Of a stretch of 64,000 bases of DNA, positions 1-10,635 are shown piece after piece. Within the stretch, counting starts at the first letter, position 1; each line of letters opens with the position of its first letter. The stretch covers positions 32,438-96,437 of the forward strand of contig CALKTH010000033.1 in NCBI GenBank assembly GCA_937997485.1, in the 5' to 3' direction. Below the pieces are notes generated by a model. That model worked only from the letters and a program-made list of their open reading frames with translations, made no database searches and was not told where the DNA came from. This DNA is from an uncultured Acidimicrobiales bacterium (GTDB taxonomy: Bacteria > Actinomycetota > Acidimicrobiia > Acidimicrobiales > SZUA-35). The position numbers and the translations under genes were made by a program.

Positions 1-291
1 GTTGCTTCGGTGGCCGCCCTCGTCCTCGTGTTCGTGGCCCTGCAGCAACCGCTGAATGGGCTGGTCTTCGCCCTCGATGGTGTGCTGATCGGTGCTGGCG
101 ATCTGACCTACCTCGCTCGCACGATGGTGTACGCCGCTTTGCTGTTTGCCGCCCTTGCCAGCTCCGTCGCAGTTCTGGGTTGGGGAATCGGTTGGCTCTG
201 GGCTTCCTTGATCGTGTTCATGGCCGCCCGCGGCTTCTTTCTCCATCGCCGTTGGCAGGACGACCGCTGGCTGGTCACCGGCGTCGCTTGA
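1..291 (+). CDS. MATE-family efflux transporter, C-terminal fragment (5' end outside window)
   Basis: The frame is open from the window edge to TGA at 289-291. The tail is hydrophobic helices (LVFALDGVLIGAGDLTYLA...GWGIGWLWASLIVFMAARG), resembling the last TMs of MATE/DinF-like transporters. Confidence 0.5.
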   Translation, partial: VASVAALVLVFVALQQPLNGLVFALDGVLIGAGDLTYLARTMVYAALLFAALASSVAVLGWGIGWLWASLIVFMAARGFFLHRRWQDDRWLVTGVA

Positions 292-297
292 TCGGTC

Positions 298-849
298 TCA
301 ACACTTCTCCTCCATGCGGGCCAGCGGGACGACAATTTCTGGCCGCGCCCGCTCGTTGATCAGCTCGGCGACAGCAGCGTCGTCTGCTGGTGCGTGCTCG
401 AGTGCCCCACGCAACAGTGCGGTGGCGCCGAGGAGACGACCGAGGGCGTCGAGCCCCTCAGGCACCTCAGCGTTCGTCGGGTGGGCGAGGAGCGACTGCA
501 AGACATCGGTATGGGCGTCAAGCACGCGGCGGAGTTCGGCATCCGGGCTGAGCGACCACACCAGCACCGGGTCGGTCGCTGCGAGCTCGAAGAGCAACTG
601 GCACACCGGCCGAGTGCCTGCCGCCTCCGTCGCCGCGGCCGAGCGTTCGACGTTCGCCGGGGCGCGCTCGATCACAGATGAACCCTCTCGCCCCGAGCCG
701 GCATGCGCAACGGACACTCGCGTCACTCCGTCACTCGCTGACCGATCCGCTCCTGCTCGGCAGCCAACACCCACCACCATGAGCAGGCCCAGCGCGCCGA
801 GAATCAGCCGCCTCGGCCGCCCTGGTCTGGAGCTCCCCTTTCGTCCCAT
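298..849 (-). CDS. hypothetical secreted / lipoprotein-like protein
   Basis: 183-aa ORF. The N-terminus RPGRPRRLILGALGLLMVVGVGC has a basic region, a hydrophobic core and a Cys. No domain recognised. It lies directly downstream of the sigma/anti-sigma pair. Confidence 0.45.
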   Translation of the reverse strand: MGRKGSSRPGRPRRLILGALGLLMVVGVGCRAGADRSASDGVTRVSVAHAGSGREGSSVIERAPANVERSAAATEAAGTRPVCQLLFELAATDPVLVWSLSPDAELRRVLDAHTDVLQSLLAHPTNAEVPEGLDALGRLLGATALLRGALEHAPADDAAVAELINERARPEIVVPLARMEEKC

Positions 850-923
850 CTGTTTGATCCCCTGCGCAACGCTCTGCTTCGTCGGGGGAAGACGGGACGC
901 TCTCAGCGGCCAGAGGTTCGACG

Positions 924-2705
924 CTAGGGAATCCAGAACACGATGACGACGCCGACGATCTGCGCACCACCGCTTGGGGTGCGCTCAACGAACACCGCTG
1001 TGTGCTGCCACCCCGAACCCTCGTTGTCGTTGGGGTGACGAATCAGCACAGCGGTAGAACCAGCGAACTCGCTGCCGAACACTGCCCGCTCTCCCCCAAC
1101 ATCAATGCTGCCGTACGGCGAGACATCGTCGAAGGACTCGGGATACTCGAACTGCATCTCGGCCACCGACGTCTGCCCCGCAGGTGTGGGCGAGAGGAAG
1201 GAGCGAGGCGTTTCGGTCGAGGTGCCGTCTTCGAACTCGGCGGGAATCGTCCAGATCCGGGTGGTGTCCCAGAACTGCGCAGACGCCAGCTCGGAGGCGG
1301 ACGCGTTCACCAGACCGCCGCTCCAGCCCACCCGCACCGGCTTGTTCGTGGCCCACGGAAGTGCGGCGAACGCCTCGGGATCGTTGGAGACGAGGGCGGC
1401 AGAGAACTCGTCGGCGAGAGCTGCCAGCGAGTCTTCCGAGACGTTGCCTTCACGAGTGAGGTATCGGCTGTTGACCCAGCCGGTGGCGCCGTCGGGGAGC
1501 TCGACATTCCACCACTCGTTGGCCCGCACCGGTGACGCGGCGTCGCCTCGACGCACAATGCCGCCGGTGCCGGCAGGGATGGCAGCCTCCACGATGTTGC
1601 CAGCTGCCGATCCGTCGAGGGGCGCACGTCGTAGCAAGAGCCCGCCATCGGGATCGTCGATCTCGATTCCGCTCACCACGTAGGAGATCGAAGGCAGCGG
1701 GGCGTCGTATTGCACGGCAACGGCGGAGAACGGTGCAACGGCATCGAGACCACCGGTGGACTCCACCACGACCCAGACGAATTCATCACCGGCAACCGGG
1801 ACGGTCGTGCTGAACGGGGCGGACTCTCCGAAGTTGCCCGCCATCGCCGGACGGCGATGCAAGAGGACGCCGTCCTCAGAGGCAAAGACCTCGATGTTCA
1901 ATCCCCCTTCGAACCCGTGGCCCGTGCCGGCCACCGTCAGTCCTTCATCAGTGAGTCCGTCATCGGAAGTGAGGCGCATCTGCGGCGCAGGCTCGTCAAT
2001 GACCGCAGCGCCCGTGCTGGCGCTGATCACCGTGTAGCCCGGCTCGCCATTGTCCATCGGTCGAGATGCCAGCTCGAGCGTGGTCACCTCGATCTCGACT
2101 CCCTCACCCTCGTCGACGGCGGTAACGAAGGCCCGCGCTTCGTCGATCTCTACGACCACATCGCTGCGGCGCACCAAGTCCATGAAGGCCGTGGCGGCTT
2201 CCAATCGCGTGCTTCGGACCGGGCCGAAGACAAAGTTGGACGGCGCCGGCGGGAGCTCAGGCTCAACGGGAATCTCCTCGTCGAGAGGCTCCTCGCCGGC
2301 GTCGTTCAGGGGAGCCGCTTCCATCACGACAGACGCTGATGAGTCGTCGTGCTCAATGGGTGGCGGCGGCTCGTCTTCCTCGGCTGCGGGGGCGATGGTG
2401 GTCCCCCCGTCAGCTGTGACGGTGTCGGAGGGTGCGTTTTGTCCGGCAAGGAACGCCCCGCCACCGATCACCAGGAGGAGGGCCGCGGCCGCGGCCAGAA
2501 TCCGCGGCGGAAGGGACGGTCGGCCTCCCCGCCGGCTCTCGTTTGCTCGCTCTCGGTTCTCGAGAACGACGATGGGGGTCGTCGGCTCGCCGGCGATCCG
2601 AGCTTCCAGCCGGGCGTACGCATCGGGCCCCGGCTCGACATCGGCGGCGCGAGCGGCCAACGCGCGACGCAACTCCTCTGCCTGGTGGTTCTCCTCGGGT
2701 GTCAT
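924..2705 (-). CDS. membrane-anchored anti-sigma-factor-like protein with large extracytoplasmic domain
   Basis: 593-aa ORF whose ATG overlaps the sigma-factor stop (ATGA 2702-2705). It has a short cytoplasmic N-terminus, one TM (ILAAAAALLLVIGGGAFLA) and an acidic linker. The ectodomain has a Gmad2-like segment (GHGFEGGLNIEVFASEDG) and an SH3b-like segment (WWNVELPDGATGWVNSRYL). Confidence 0.6.
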   Translation of the reverse strand: MTPEENHQAEELRRALAARAADVEPGPDAYARLEARIAGEPTTPIVVLENRERANESRRGGRPSLPPRILAAAAALLLVIGGGAFLAGQNAPSDTVTADGGTTIAPAAEEDEPPPPIEHDDSSASVVMEAAPLNDAGEEPLDEEIPVEPELPPAPSNFVFGPVRSTRLEAATAFMDLVRRSDVVVEIDEARAFVTAVDEGEGVEIEVTTLELASRPMDNGEPGYTVISASTGAAVIDEPAPQMRLTSDDGLTDEGLTVAGTGHGFEGGLNIEVFASEDGVLLHRRPAMAGNFGESAPFSTTVPVAGDEFVWVVVESTGGLDAVAPFSAVAVQYDAPLPSISYVVSGIEIDDPDGGLLLRRAPLDGSAAGNIVEAAIPAGTGGIVRRGDAASPVRANEWWNVELPDGATGWVNSRYLTREGNVSEDSLAALADEFSAALVSNDPEAFAALPWATNKPVRVGWSGGLVNASASELASAQFWDTTRIWTIPAEFEDGTSTETPRSFLSPTPAGQTSVAEMQFEYPESFDDVSPYGSIDVGGERAVFGSEFAGSTAVLIRHPNDNEGSGWQHTAVFVERTPSGGAQIVGVVIVFWIP

Positions 2706-3424
2706 GCCTGATCCTTCGACGTCTCGTCGCGTGCCGCACCGCTGGTGTTCTTCTCGCCGCCGGACATGTCGCCCACCGTCAGATCAATCGATTCTTCTGG
2801 GCCAAGCAAACCAGCCATCTTCGCCAGTCCTCGATGAGCGTGTGACTTCACCGAGCCTCGGGCGATGCCCAGCGTCTCCGCGATGTCGGCTTCGGAGAGA
2901 TCGAGGTAGTAGCGAAGCACCAAGACCGAGGCTTGCTTCTCGGGGAGTTCACGCAGCGCCTGCACGATGCGATCCTGCTCGGCGGCGTTCACGCCGGCGA
3001 TCTCTGCGGCAGCAACGACGCCCGGAGGCTCGGGGGTGTGGTTGCGGCGCACGCGGCGCTTTCGCAACGCCGAGCGAGCGCCATTGAGCACAGCAGAGCG
3101 CAGGTAATAGACCTCTCGGCCGGGCTCGATCTGGTAGTTCCCGCCCACGATCTTCACGAACGCGTCCTGCACGACTTCTTCGGCGGTTTCGACGTCGTCG
3201 ACGGAGAACGACGCCAGCTTCACGAGGGAGCGGTAGTGCTCTTCGTACAGCGAGCGCAGATCGATCGGATGGGCCTGTGTGGAGGTCGCGCTGACCCTCC
3301 GATCGGAGATGTTGGCCGGGCGACGACTCGCCCGGCCTTGCGATGACCGCTCTCGAGAAGACAGCGTGAATCGACGAGTGCGGGGAGAGTCCACGTCGTC
3401 GGGATCCAAGGTCATCACCTTCAC
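2702..3424 (-). CDS. RNA polymerase sigma-70 family (ECF-type) sigma factor
   Basis: Region 2 (EEVVQDAFVKIV) and region 4 HTH (LRELPEKQASVLVLRYYLDLSEADIAETLGIARGSVKSHAHRGLAKM) are present. A ~60-aa Arg/Ser-rich N-terminal extension means the true start may be internal. Confidence 0.85.
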   Translation of the reverse strand: MKVMTLDPDDVDSPRTRRFTLSSRERSSQGRASRRPANISDRRVSATSTQAHPIDLRSLYEEHYRSLVKLASFSVDDVETAEEVVQDAFVKIVGGNYQIEPGREVYYLRSAVLNGARSALRKRRVRRNHTPEPPGVVAAAEIAGVNAAEQDRIVQALRELPEKQASVLVLRYYLDLSEADIAETLGIARGSVKSHAHRGLAKMAGLLGPEESIDLTVGDMSGGEKNTSGAARDETSKDQA

Positions 3425-3553
3425 ATCAGCTACAGACGCCCCACCGGCCAGATCGGTTTACCGGAGACGAGGAATCTTTCCCCTCGAACCGCATTCCAAA
3501 CCTCCGAACGGGGTGAGCATCCCCCACCACGGGTGCGTGATGCCCGACAGGAG

Positions 3554-4843
3554 TCAGAACTTGGAGAGGCTGAAGGGCAGGCGAGCGGTTAGCAAGAGCC
3601 GGTCGAGAAGATCGATCGCCCGATCATCGCCAGCGACGAGCCCAGCGCGGTGAAGCTCCCGCAAGCGAGTGCCACCGAGCACAGCGGCGCTCAACACCTC
3701 AGTCGCAAGGGAAACATCGCTGTCGCCCTCCGCAGGCATCATCGTGGCGGCTCCCCCGCGAACAACGAGGCGCCACGTGCCGCCGGCCTCGGGCAGAAAT
3801 GTGTCGGTCACCTCGAGCGTGACGGCGCCGTCGAGGTCGTAACTGCGAGCGGTGAGCACGGCGGGAACATCGAGCATGCGCATCCAGAGAAGATCGTGCT
3901 GGTCGACTTCGTGGAGCTGACGCGGATCACGCAAGTGATGACGGACCGCAGGGTCAAGCGGCGCTTGGGTCCACCGCACACGCCGCGTCATTGGAAGATC
4001 CCGTGCGTACTGGAAGAGCGCAAGCTCGGCCTCGGTCGTCGTGCCCAGCAGCTCGAGGATCTCGACTTCGTCATCGTTCACCCAGTTGGGCTTGTGGCTC
4101 ACCCGATACAGCAGATAGCCGTCGGCGTGACCGTTCGCATCACGGTGAATCACACCGATCTGCTTGCCGCCACCAAGCCAGGTCACGTTCGGACCAACGA
4201 CGACCTGCCACCAGTCGTCGTCGCGGCCGGTCGTGCCGGGAACAACATCGCCCACGCGCTGATAGATCTCGGCCAGTTCGCCAACCCGCGCGGCAGGAAT
4301 CGGAACCAGCTCTGTGGTGCCCGTGTCGGTGAACGGGGTGCGGAACGCCGCCCGATCCGAGTCGATCTCGTAGACCGCTGTGCTCGAGAGACATCCATAC
4401 CCGAACTGGCGATAAATGCTCGACTCCGATGCATTGAGGAGGCCAACGACATGCCCTCGCTGGCGGGCTCGGGCGAGGTGCTCACCCATCATCGTTCGGA
4501 GGGCGCCTCGACCCCGCTTGGTCGGATCCGCACCAACAGCGCTCAGACCGGCCGCACGCAGGCGGGCGCCACCGGGGAGCGAAACGTCGAACTCATACGA
4601 GGCGCAACCACCGAGCAGCGTTTCCCCACCACTGTCGTCGACCTCAACGATGCCGATGCGGAAGTCGAAGGGACGCATCCGAGCGCCTCGTTCGATCCCC
4701 TCTCTCTCCACCGGATCGTCCGTGGGCTCGGTCGGCATCTCGCCAAAGGCCACGCTGATGAGGAAGCCGAAGGGCTTCCAGTCCTCTAAGTCGGCGGGCG
4801 TGCGAATCTCGAGGGCCATCCCCGCAGTCTGGCCTCTCACCAA
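3554..4843 (-). CDS. Eis-like GNAT N-acetyltransferase with C-terminal SCP2-like domain
   Basis: 429-aa ORF (alternative ATG at 4819, MALEIRT). It has a GNAT core (RGRGALRTMMGEHLARARQRGHVVGLLNASESSIYRQFGYG), a second GNAT-like half and a sterol-carrier-like tail, as in the Eis family. Confidence 0.8.
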   Translation of the reverse strand: MVRGQTAGMALEIRTPADLEDWKPFGFLISVAFGEMPTEPTDDPVEREGIERGARMRPFDFRIGIVEVDDSGGETLLGGCASYEFDVSLPGGARLRAAGLSAVGADPTKRGRGALRTMMGEHLARARQRGHVVGLLNASESSIYRQFGYGCLSSTAVYEIDSDRAAFRTPFTDTGTTELVPIPAARVGELAEIYQRVGDVVPGTTGRDDDWWQVVVGPNVTWLGGGKQIGVIHRDANGHADGYLLYRVSHKPNWVNDDEVEILELLGTTTEAELALFQYARDLPMTRRVRWTQAPLDPAVRHHLRDPRQLHEVDQHDLLWMRMLDVPAVLTARSYDLDGAVTLEVTDTFLPEAGGTWRLVVRGGAATMMPAEGDSDVSLATEVLSAAVLGGTRLRELHRAGLVAGDDRAIDLLDRLLLTARLPFSLSKF

Positions 4844-4984
4844 CCGACCGGCGACCGATTTCTTCTCACGCTCGGCCCGAACCGTCGACCGACTCGCCTC
4901 GCATTCCCGAGATCCGGGCGCACAACGTGTTCTGCCACCTCAGCGTCCGGTTCTGGCCGGACTCTGAGGTGGCAGTTGCGAGCA

Positions 4985-6538
4985 TCAGCCGCGGCGGGCG
5001 CTGAGAATCTGATTGACGACTTTGCCGTCGGCTTGGCCCTTGGTGGCCTTCATGATTTGGCCGGTGAAGAAGCCTTGCATCTTGCCTCGTTCGCGATCGT
5101 CGCCATTCACGAAGCGATCCCACTCCTCGGCGTGATCAGCGATGAGCCGGTCAACCAGACCTTCGAGCTCGGACGTATCCATCGCTTCAAAGCCGAGGGC
5201 AGCAGCAATGTCGGACGCTGACTTGTCCGACACGAGAAGCTCGGCCAGCACGGTCTTGGCCTGCGTTGCGGTCAGATCACCGCCAGTCTCCATCTTCACG
5301 AGTTCGGCAAACCGGTCCGAATCGAGCGACGCTGCACCCTCAACGGCGAGGTTGTTGGCGACATGGCTCAACACTCGGGCCGCGTCAGCCCCAGCTTCGA
5401 TCGCACCGACCGCCAGCGAGTCCAGACCACGATCCACCGCGATCACGGCCGCATCGACCGTTGCTCCAAGCTCGACCAGCGCCGCACGGCGCTCTCGAGG
5501 CAGCGCAGGGAGCGAAGCTTGAATCTCCTCAATCCACTCCGGCGAGGGATCCACCGGCACGAGGTCAGGATCGGCGAAGTAGCGATAGTCCTCGGCCTGC
5601 TCCTTGGAGCGACCGGGGCGTGTCCGTCCACCCTCTTCGTCCCAGTGACGAGTCTCCTGCACCGGCTTGTCGCCGGACTCGTACAGGTCGACGTGTCGCT
5701 GTGCCTCGTACTGAATGGCCCGGCCGAGCGAGCGCAGCGAATTCACATTCTTCACTTCGCACCGGGTGCGCAACTCCGACGATCCGGCGGGCCGAACCGA
5801 GATGTTGGCGTCGACTCGGAGGGAGCCCTCTTCGAACTTCCCGTCGCTCACTTCGGTGGCGATCAGGATCTGTTGCAGCTCAGCCACGTAGGCCTTGGCC
5901 TCTTCCGGGCCTCGCACGTCGGGGTGCGACACGATCTCCAGCAGCGGCACACCGGCGCGGTTGTAGTCCACCAGCGAGTAACCGGCGTCGTGGATCCGGC
6001 CGGAGTCGCCGACGTGAGTGCTCTTCCCGGTGTCTTCCTCCATGTGAGCCCGCTCGACCCGGACGCGGTAGCCGCTCGGCAGCTCCAGCCAACCGTTGAT
6101 GTTCAACGGACGGTCGTACTGCGAGATCTGGTAGTCCTTCGGCATGTCCGGATAGAAGTAGTTCTTCCGGGCAAACACACAACGTTGGACCGTGCAGTTC
6201 AAGGCGAGTCCGAGGCGAATCGACAACTCGACGGCCTTGCCGTTGACCACGGGCAACGTGCCCGGCAGGCCGAGGCACACGGGATGCACGTTGGTGTTCG
6301 GCTCGCCACCGAAGTGGTTCGTGGCTGGCGAGAACATCTTCGTATTCGTCGAAAGTTCAGCGTGAACCTCGAGCCCGATGACCATCTCCCAATCGCCCGA
6401 GAGCGTGGTTTCTTCGCGGGGGATGTCGCTCGAGAGGCTCCACTCTCCCAGCTGGGTGCTCGAGATGGGTTGGCCATCGGCGTCGAGAACGCCAACGTCG
6501 TCCGTGGAGTTCCCGGCGGGTTTGATCGTGTCACTCAT
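4985..6538 (-). CDS. gatB: Asp-tRNA(Asn)/Glu-tRNA(Gln) amidotransferase subunit B
   Basis: [13 protein letters not shown] and LEIVSHPD motifs with full-length GatB architecture. The start ATG forms ATGA with the gatA stop (6535-6538). The track extension to 6766 lies inside gatA and is rejected. There is a ~45-aa N-terminal extension relative to typical GatB. Confidence 0.95.
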   Translation of the reverse strand: MSDTIKPAGNSTDDVGVLDADGQPISSTQLGEWSLSSDIPREETTLSGDWEMVIGLEVHAELSTNTKMFSPATNHFGGEPNTNVHPVCLGLPGTLPVVNGKAVELSIRLGLALNCTVQRCVFARKNYFYPDMPKDYQISQYDRPLNINGWLELPSGYRVRVERAHMEEDTGKSTHVGDSGRIHDAGYSLVDYNRAGVPLLEIVSHPDVRGPEEAKAYVAELQQILIATEVSDGKFEEGSLRVDANISVRPAGSSELRTRCEVKNVNSLRSLGRAIQYEAQRHVDLYESGDKPVQETRHWDEEGGRTRPGRSKEQAEDYRYFADPDLVPVDPSPEWIEEIQASLPALPRERRAALVELGATVDAAVIAVDRGLDSLAVGAIEAGADAARVLSHVANNLAVEGAASLDSDRFAELVKMETGGDLTATQAKTVLAELLVSDKSASDIAAALGFEAMDTSELEGLVDRLIADHAEEWDRFVNGDDRERGKMQGFFTGQIMKATKGQADGKVVNQILSARRG

Positions 6539-8007
6539 GCGGCACTCTCCTGAGCAGCGTTCTCCAAGACGGCGCTGACCCGGATGAGGTCGGCCTCTTT
6601 CAGCATGGGAGCAAGAATCTGCACGCCGACAGGGAGGCCGTCTCGGCCGGCTCCGAACGGCACCGAGATGGCGGGGTGACCCGCCAAGTTCGACGGAATC
6701 GTGGCCACGTCGTTGAGGTACATCGTGAGCGGATCGCTCTTGGCCCCGAACGGGAAGGCCACGCACGGCGACGTGGGTGAGAGCAGGACGTCGTAGTCGG
6801 CGTAGGCCCGATCAAAGTCGTTGATGATGAGCGTGCGAACTCGCTGCGCCTTGCCGTAGAAGGCGTCGTAGTAGCCAGCACTGAGGGCGTAGGTGCCGAG
6901 CATGATCCGGCGTTTCACCTCGCTGCCGAAGCCAGCCGTCCGAGATGCCGTCATCATGCCGCCCGTGTTCGCTGCCCCATCTTCACGATGGCCGTAGCGA
7001 ACGCCGTCGTAGCGAGCCAGGTTGCTCGACGCCTCGGCGGGTGCGATCAGGTAGTAGGCCGACAGCCCGTAGATCGTGGACGGGACAGAAACCTCGTCGA
7101 CCGTCGCTCCAGCGGCTGCCAACGCGTCGGCGGCGGCCCGGGTTTGCGCCAGAACTTCGGGTTCGAAGCCGGAGGCCAGTTCGCCGCTGAACAGCTCCGA
7201 GATAATGCCGACCCGGAGGCCGGCGACACCGTCGTCGAGGTGGGGAACGGTGGCTTCCATCGGCTCGGGAATCGAGGTGGAGTCTCGGCCGTCATGACCG
7301 GAGATGGCGTCGTACAACGCGGCGGTGTCGGCCACGGTCCGGGTGAAGGGACCGATCTGATCGAGCGAGCTGGCAAAGGCGATGAGCCCGTACCGGCTGA
7401 CGGCGCCGTAGCTCGGCTTCAAGCCGACCACCCCGCAGAGAGCGGCCGGTTGGCGGATCGAGCCACCAGTGTCTGAGCCAAGCGCAAGCGGAGCGAATCC
7501 GGCCGCAACGGCGGCGGCTGACCCTCCGGAAGATCCACCGGGAACGGCATTGAGATCGTGCGGGTTCTTTGTCGCCCCGAATGCCGAGTTCTCGGTCGAG
7601 GAACCCATGGCGAACTCGTCGAGATTCGTTTTGCCGATCGCAATGGCACCTGCGGCGCGCACGCGCTCCACCGCCGTGGCGTCGTAGGGCGGCTTCCAGC
7701 CATCGAGCATCTTGGAAGAGCAGGTGGTGGGCACGCCGTTGGTGCACATGTTGTCTTTGAGCGCCACGGGAACACCGGCCAGCGGGCCAGGATCTTCTCC
7801 TGCTGCCACTCGAGCGTCGATATCGGCCGCGGCGGCGCGAGCCTGCTCGGCCATCACCACGTTGAACGCGTGAACCGCCGGTTCATGCGCTTCGATCTGG
7901 GCGAGGTGGGCATCAACAACCTCGACGGCTGACCGCTCGCCTGCTCGAACCGCAGCAGCAATCTCGAGCGCGGAGTCTGACGGACCGCTCGTGGTGATCT
8001 CGCTCAT
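6535..8007 (-). CDS. gatA: Asp-tRNA(Asn)/Glu-tRNA(Gln) amidotransferase subunit A
   Basis: 490 aa with the amidase signature [14 protein letters not shown]. It overlaps gatB and gatC by 4 nt each. Confidence 0.95.
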   Translation of the reverse strand: MSEITTSGPSDSALEIAAAVRAGERSAVEVVDAHLAQIEAHEPAVHAFNVVMAEQARAAAADIDARVAAGEDPGPLAGVPVALKDNMCTNGVPTTCSSKMLDGWKPPYDATAVERVRAAGAIAIGKTNLDEFAMGSSTENSAFGATKNPHDLNAVPGGSSGGSAAAVAAGFAPLALGSDTGGSIRQPAALCGVVGLKPSYGAVSRYGLIAFASSLDQIGPFTRTVADTAALYDAISGHDGRDSTSIPEPMEATVPHLDDGVAGLRVGIISELFSGELASGFEPEVLAQTRAAADALAAAGATVDEVSVPSTIYGLSAYYLIAPAEASSNLARYDGVRYGHREDGAANTGGMMTASRTAGFGSEVKRRIMLGTYALSAGYYDAFYGKAQRVRTLIINDFDRAYADYDVLLSPTSPCVAFPFGAKSDPLTMYLNDVATIPSNLAGHPAISVPFGAGRDGLPVGVQILAPMLKEADLIRVSAVLENAAQESAA

Positions 8008-8315
8008 GGCTCTTCTCCCAACGCAGGCGGCACCCGGAACTGGCCGTCTTCGGCCTCGGGCGCCGCGTCGAGCGCTGCCTCCCGCACGTCCGTGACCTCG
8101 ACCTCGTCGGGCCGGAAGACATTCACCAACGGATACGGGTGGTGAGTTGGCGAAACATCGGCGACGTCGAGCGCCTCGACGTCCTTGGCGTGTTCGAGCA
8201 CCGCAGCCAACTGGCCGGTGAACGTGTCGAGTTCCTCTTCGGAAAGCTCGAGCATCGCCAGACCGGCCACCTTCGCCACGTCGTCGCGGGAGAGTGGTTC
8301 AGACACGGCGCTCAA
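8004..8315 (-). CDS. gatC: Asp-tRNA(Asn)/Glu-tRNA(Gln) amidotransferase subunit C
   Basis: The last ~100 aa of the 421-aa track ORF look like GatC ([30 protein letters not shown]...FRPDE). There is no ATG. Candidate starts are TTG 8315 or GTG 8306. Confidence 0.85.
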   Translation of the reverse strand: MSAVSEPLSRDDVAKVAGLAMLELSEEELDTFTGQLAAVLEHAKDVEALDVADVSPTHHPYPLVNVFRPDEVEVTDVREAALDAAPEAEDGQFRVPPALGEEP

Positions 8316-8432
8316 CCTATCGAGCAAGGCCACCGACGGGCCCGCATTTCCATCTCCTCCGCGCTGCGGACCCTCAATCCGGTGGATCGATCTGGCTGAG
8401 GCTGACAGTATTTCGGGCACGAGGTAACCCAG

Positions 8433-9836
8433 ATGGCCACCGGATCGACCGTTCGAGACATCGCGGAAGCGCTCGTTGGACCCGCGCTTCCCATCCGCAT
8501 CACCACTCCCGAAGGCGAGCAGCTCGGGAACATCGACGCTGCGTCCGGCATTGTCCTCAAGAACGCTGAGGCCATCCGACACCTTGTGCGAGCCCCGGGC
8601 GAGCTTGGGTTTGCCCGAGCGTACGTGTCGGGGGCGCTCGACATCGAGGGCAGTATTTGGGACATCGTCTCGCTGCAGCGCGAGCTGCCAGATGTCAAGC
8701 TGCAGCCGGCGACGGTCGCAAAGCTCACCGCTCTTGTGGGTCTCGACATCTTCAAGCCCCTGGCCCTTCCGCCCGAGGAGGTGCGGAGCGGTCGAACGTG
8801 GACGGCTCACACCAAACGGCGAGATGCCGCCTCGATCAGCCACCACTACGACGTGGGGAACGACTTCTATGAACTCGTGCTCGGACCGAGCATGACGTAT
8901 TCGTGTGCCGTCTTCGAAGGCTTGTCGGATTCGCTCGATCAGGCACAGGCCAACAAGTACGAACTGATCTGTCGGAAGCTCGGGCTCGAGCCGGGCATGC
9001 GATTGCTGGATGTCGGTTGCGGGTGGGGTGGCATGGTCTTGCACGCGGCGAGCCACCACGGCGTGCAGGCCGTCGGCGTCACGATCTCGACCGAGCAAGC
9101 CGCTCGGGCCCGCAAACGGGTCGCCGATGCTGGGCTGGAACGTGCCATCGAGATTCGCATTCAGGACTACCGAGATCTCAATGACGGCCCGTTCGACGCC
9201 ATCAGCTCGATCGGCATGACCGAGCACGTCGGCCTGCGTCAGCTTCGTGACTACTTCGACATCATGCACGGCCTGCTCTCACCTCAAGGCCGACTCCTCA
9301 ACCACCAGATCGGTCGACGCCCGCAGCGCCGGCACCACCGCTGGTCCGAGCGGCCCGAACGCACCCGGGTGCATACTCGGGGCTTCGTTCACCGGTACGT
9401 CTTCCCGGATGGTGAGCTTCACGAGGTCGGCGACCTCATCGGGGTCGTGCAGCGAGCCGGGCTCGAGGTCCGGCACATGGAGTCCCTCCGAGAGCACTAC
9501 GCACTCACCCTTCGCCACTGGGTGCAGAACCTGGAGACCCACTGGGAAGATGCCGTGGCGCTCGTCGGTGAGGGACGAGTGAGAGTGTGGCATCTCTACA
9601 TGGCGGCCTCTGCCGAGCTCTTCGCCGTGAATCGAATCCAGATACACCAGGTGCTGGCGACGAAGACGCCAGTCACATCTGGCGAGGCCGGATTTCCGCT
9701 TCGTCACCAGTGGGATCGGAATCTTCGGGTGCCGCTGGGTGCCAACGAACACGAAGGCGAAGAGATCATCGACCTGAGAGACGGACGTCCTACGGTGTCG
9801 AGATCTCTTGCCGAGAGACCACCGATTCAGACGTAA
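8433..9836 (+). CDS. cyclopropane-fatty-acyl-phospholipid synthase family SAM-dependent methyltransferase
   Basis: 467 aa with HHYDVGNDFYELVLGPSMTYSCAVF and the SAM-binding motif LLDVGCGWGGM, characteristic of the CFA/mycolate cyclopropane synthase family. Confidence 0.9.
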   Translation: MATGSTVRDIAEALVGPALPIRITTPEGEQLGNIDAASGIVLKNAEAIRHLVRAPGELGFARAYVSGALDIEGSIWDIVSLQRELPDVKLQPATVAKLTALVGLDIFKPLALPPEEVRSGRTWTAHTKRRDAASISHHYDVGNDFYELVLGPSMTYSCAVFEGLSDSLDQAQANKYELICRKLGLEPGMRLLDVGCGWGGMVLHAASHHGVQAVGVTISTEQAARARKRVADAGLERAIEIRIQDYRDLNDGPFDAISSIGMTEHVGLRQLRDYFDIMHGLLSPQGRLLNHQIGRRPQRRHHRWSERPERTRVHTRGFVHRYVFPDGELHEVGDLIGVVQRAGLEVRHMESLREHYALTLRHWVQNLETHWEDAVALVGEGRVRVWHLYMAASAELFAVNRIQIHQVLATKTPVTSGEAGFPLRHQWDRNLRVPLGANEHEGEEIIDLRDGRPTVSRSLAERPPIQT

Positions 9837-10156
9837 GGATCGTCCTCGGCCTGGGTTTCCCACCACTCATCTGGGGCCGGCTTCCAGTCGGGATCTGGGT
9901 GAATGCAGTCGACCGGGCAGACAGGCAAACACTTATCGCAGGCGCTGCAGAGCTCCGGGATGATGATGACGTCGATGCTGTGGTTGAAGATGGCGCCGAG
10001 CGGTTTGGGACATGCCCGGAGGCAAGCATCGCAGTTGATGCACTCGTCCATGTCGATCATCAGCGGGGGATTCTTCCAGACCGGATTCCGCTCGCGGGTC
10101 TCGATCCGCAGTTGTCGCCCAGTCTTGCGCGGTGCCGCTTCGGTCCCGGTGGTCAT
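9827..10156 (-). CDS. 2x[4Fe-4S] ferredoxin
   Basis: 109 aa with two CxxCxxCxxxCP motifs (CINCDACLRACP, CSACDKCLPVCP). It overlaps the preceding convergent gene by 10 bp. Confidence 0.85.
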   Translation of the reverse strand: MTTGTEAAPRKTGRQLRIETRERNPVWKNPPLMIDMDECINCDACLRACPKPLGAIFNHSIDVIIIPELCSACDKCLPVCPVDCIHPDPDWKPAPDEWWETQAEDDPYV

Positions 10157-10218
10157 GCTGCGAAGTTAGTGCGCCGCTAGCGTGAGCGTCACTTCAGCCC
10201 TGACAACCGGAGCCCGCG

Positions 10219-10635
10219 TTGACCACCGCACACTTGTTTCTCTCTGACGACTGGATCGACGCCGCCCGCGATCTGCGAGCCGAATTCGAAGACGAGATCC
10301 CGGCTCCACCAGTTGCGGTGAAGTTGAACGTCATCGTCACCGACATTCCGCACCGCGACGGCAATCTCGATGGCCACATCGATTCCTCGAACGGCGAGAT
10401 CATCATCGAGAAGGGCCATCTCGACGATGCCGAGCTGACCGTCACCGTCGACTACGACACGGCAAAGGCCGCATTCGTCACCCGCGATCAACAGGCCGTG
10501 ATGGGAGCGTTCTTGGGCGGCAAGATCCTCGTCGAGGGCGACGCCTCGCAGCTCCTCATGCTTCAGGCTCAGGCGCCGACCGATCGAGCGGTCGAGATGT
10601 ACGAGCGACTCGCGGCTCAGACCGTCACGGACTGA
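10219..10635 (+). CDS. SCP2 sterol-binding domain protein
   Basis: 138 aa with a TTG start. The C-terminal pattern DYDTAKAAFVTRDQQAVMGAFLGGKILVEGDASQLLML is typical of the SCP2 fold. Confidence 0.7.
   Translation: MTTAHLFLSDDWIDAARDLRAEFEDEIPAPPVAVKLNVIVTDIPHRDGNLDGHIDSSNGEIIIEKGHLDDAELTVTVDYDTAKAAFVTRDQQAVMGAFLGGKILVEGDASQLLMLQAQAPTDRAVEMYERLAAQTVTD

Noticed and set aside
3425-3553. ECF-type autoregulated promoter (GGAAC-N16/17-CGT) upstream of the sigma factor gene
   Set aside because: GGAAT and CGTCT-like elements exist, but at a 23-nt spacing. No arrangement fits the ECF consensus well enough to call.
8316-9269. Upstream 300+ aa extension of the gatC ORF (421-aa track ORF)
   Set aside because: Only the last ~100 aa resemble GatC. 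The remainder is antisense to the well-supported CFA-synthase-like gene and has no recognisable features.
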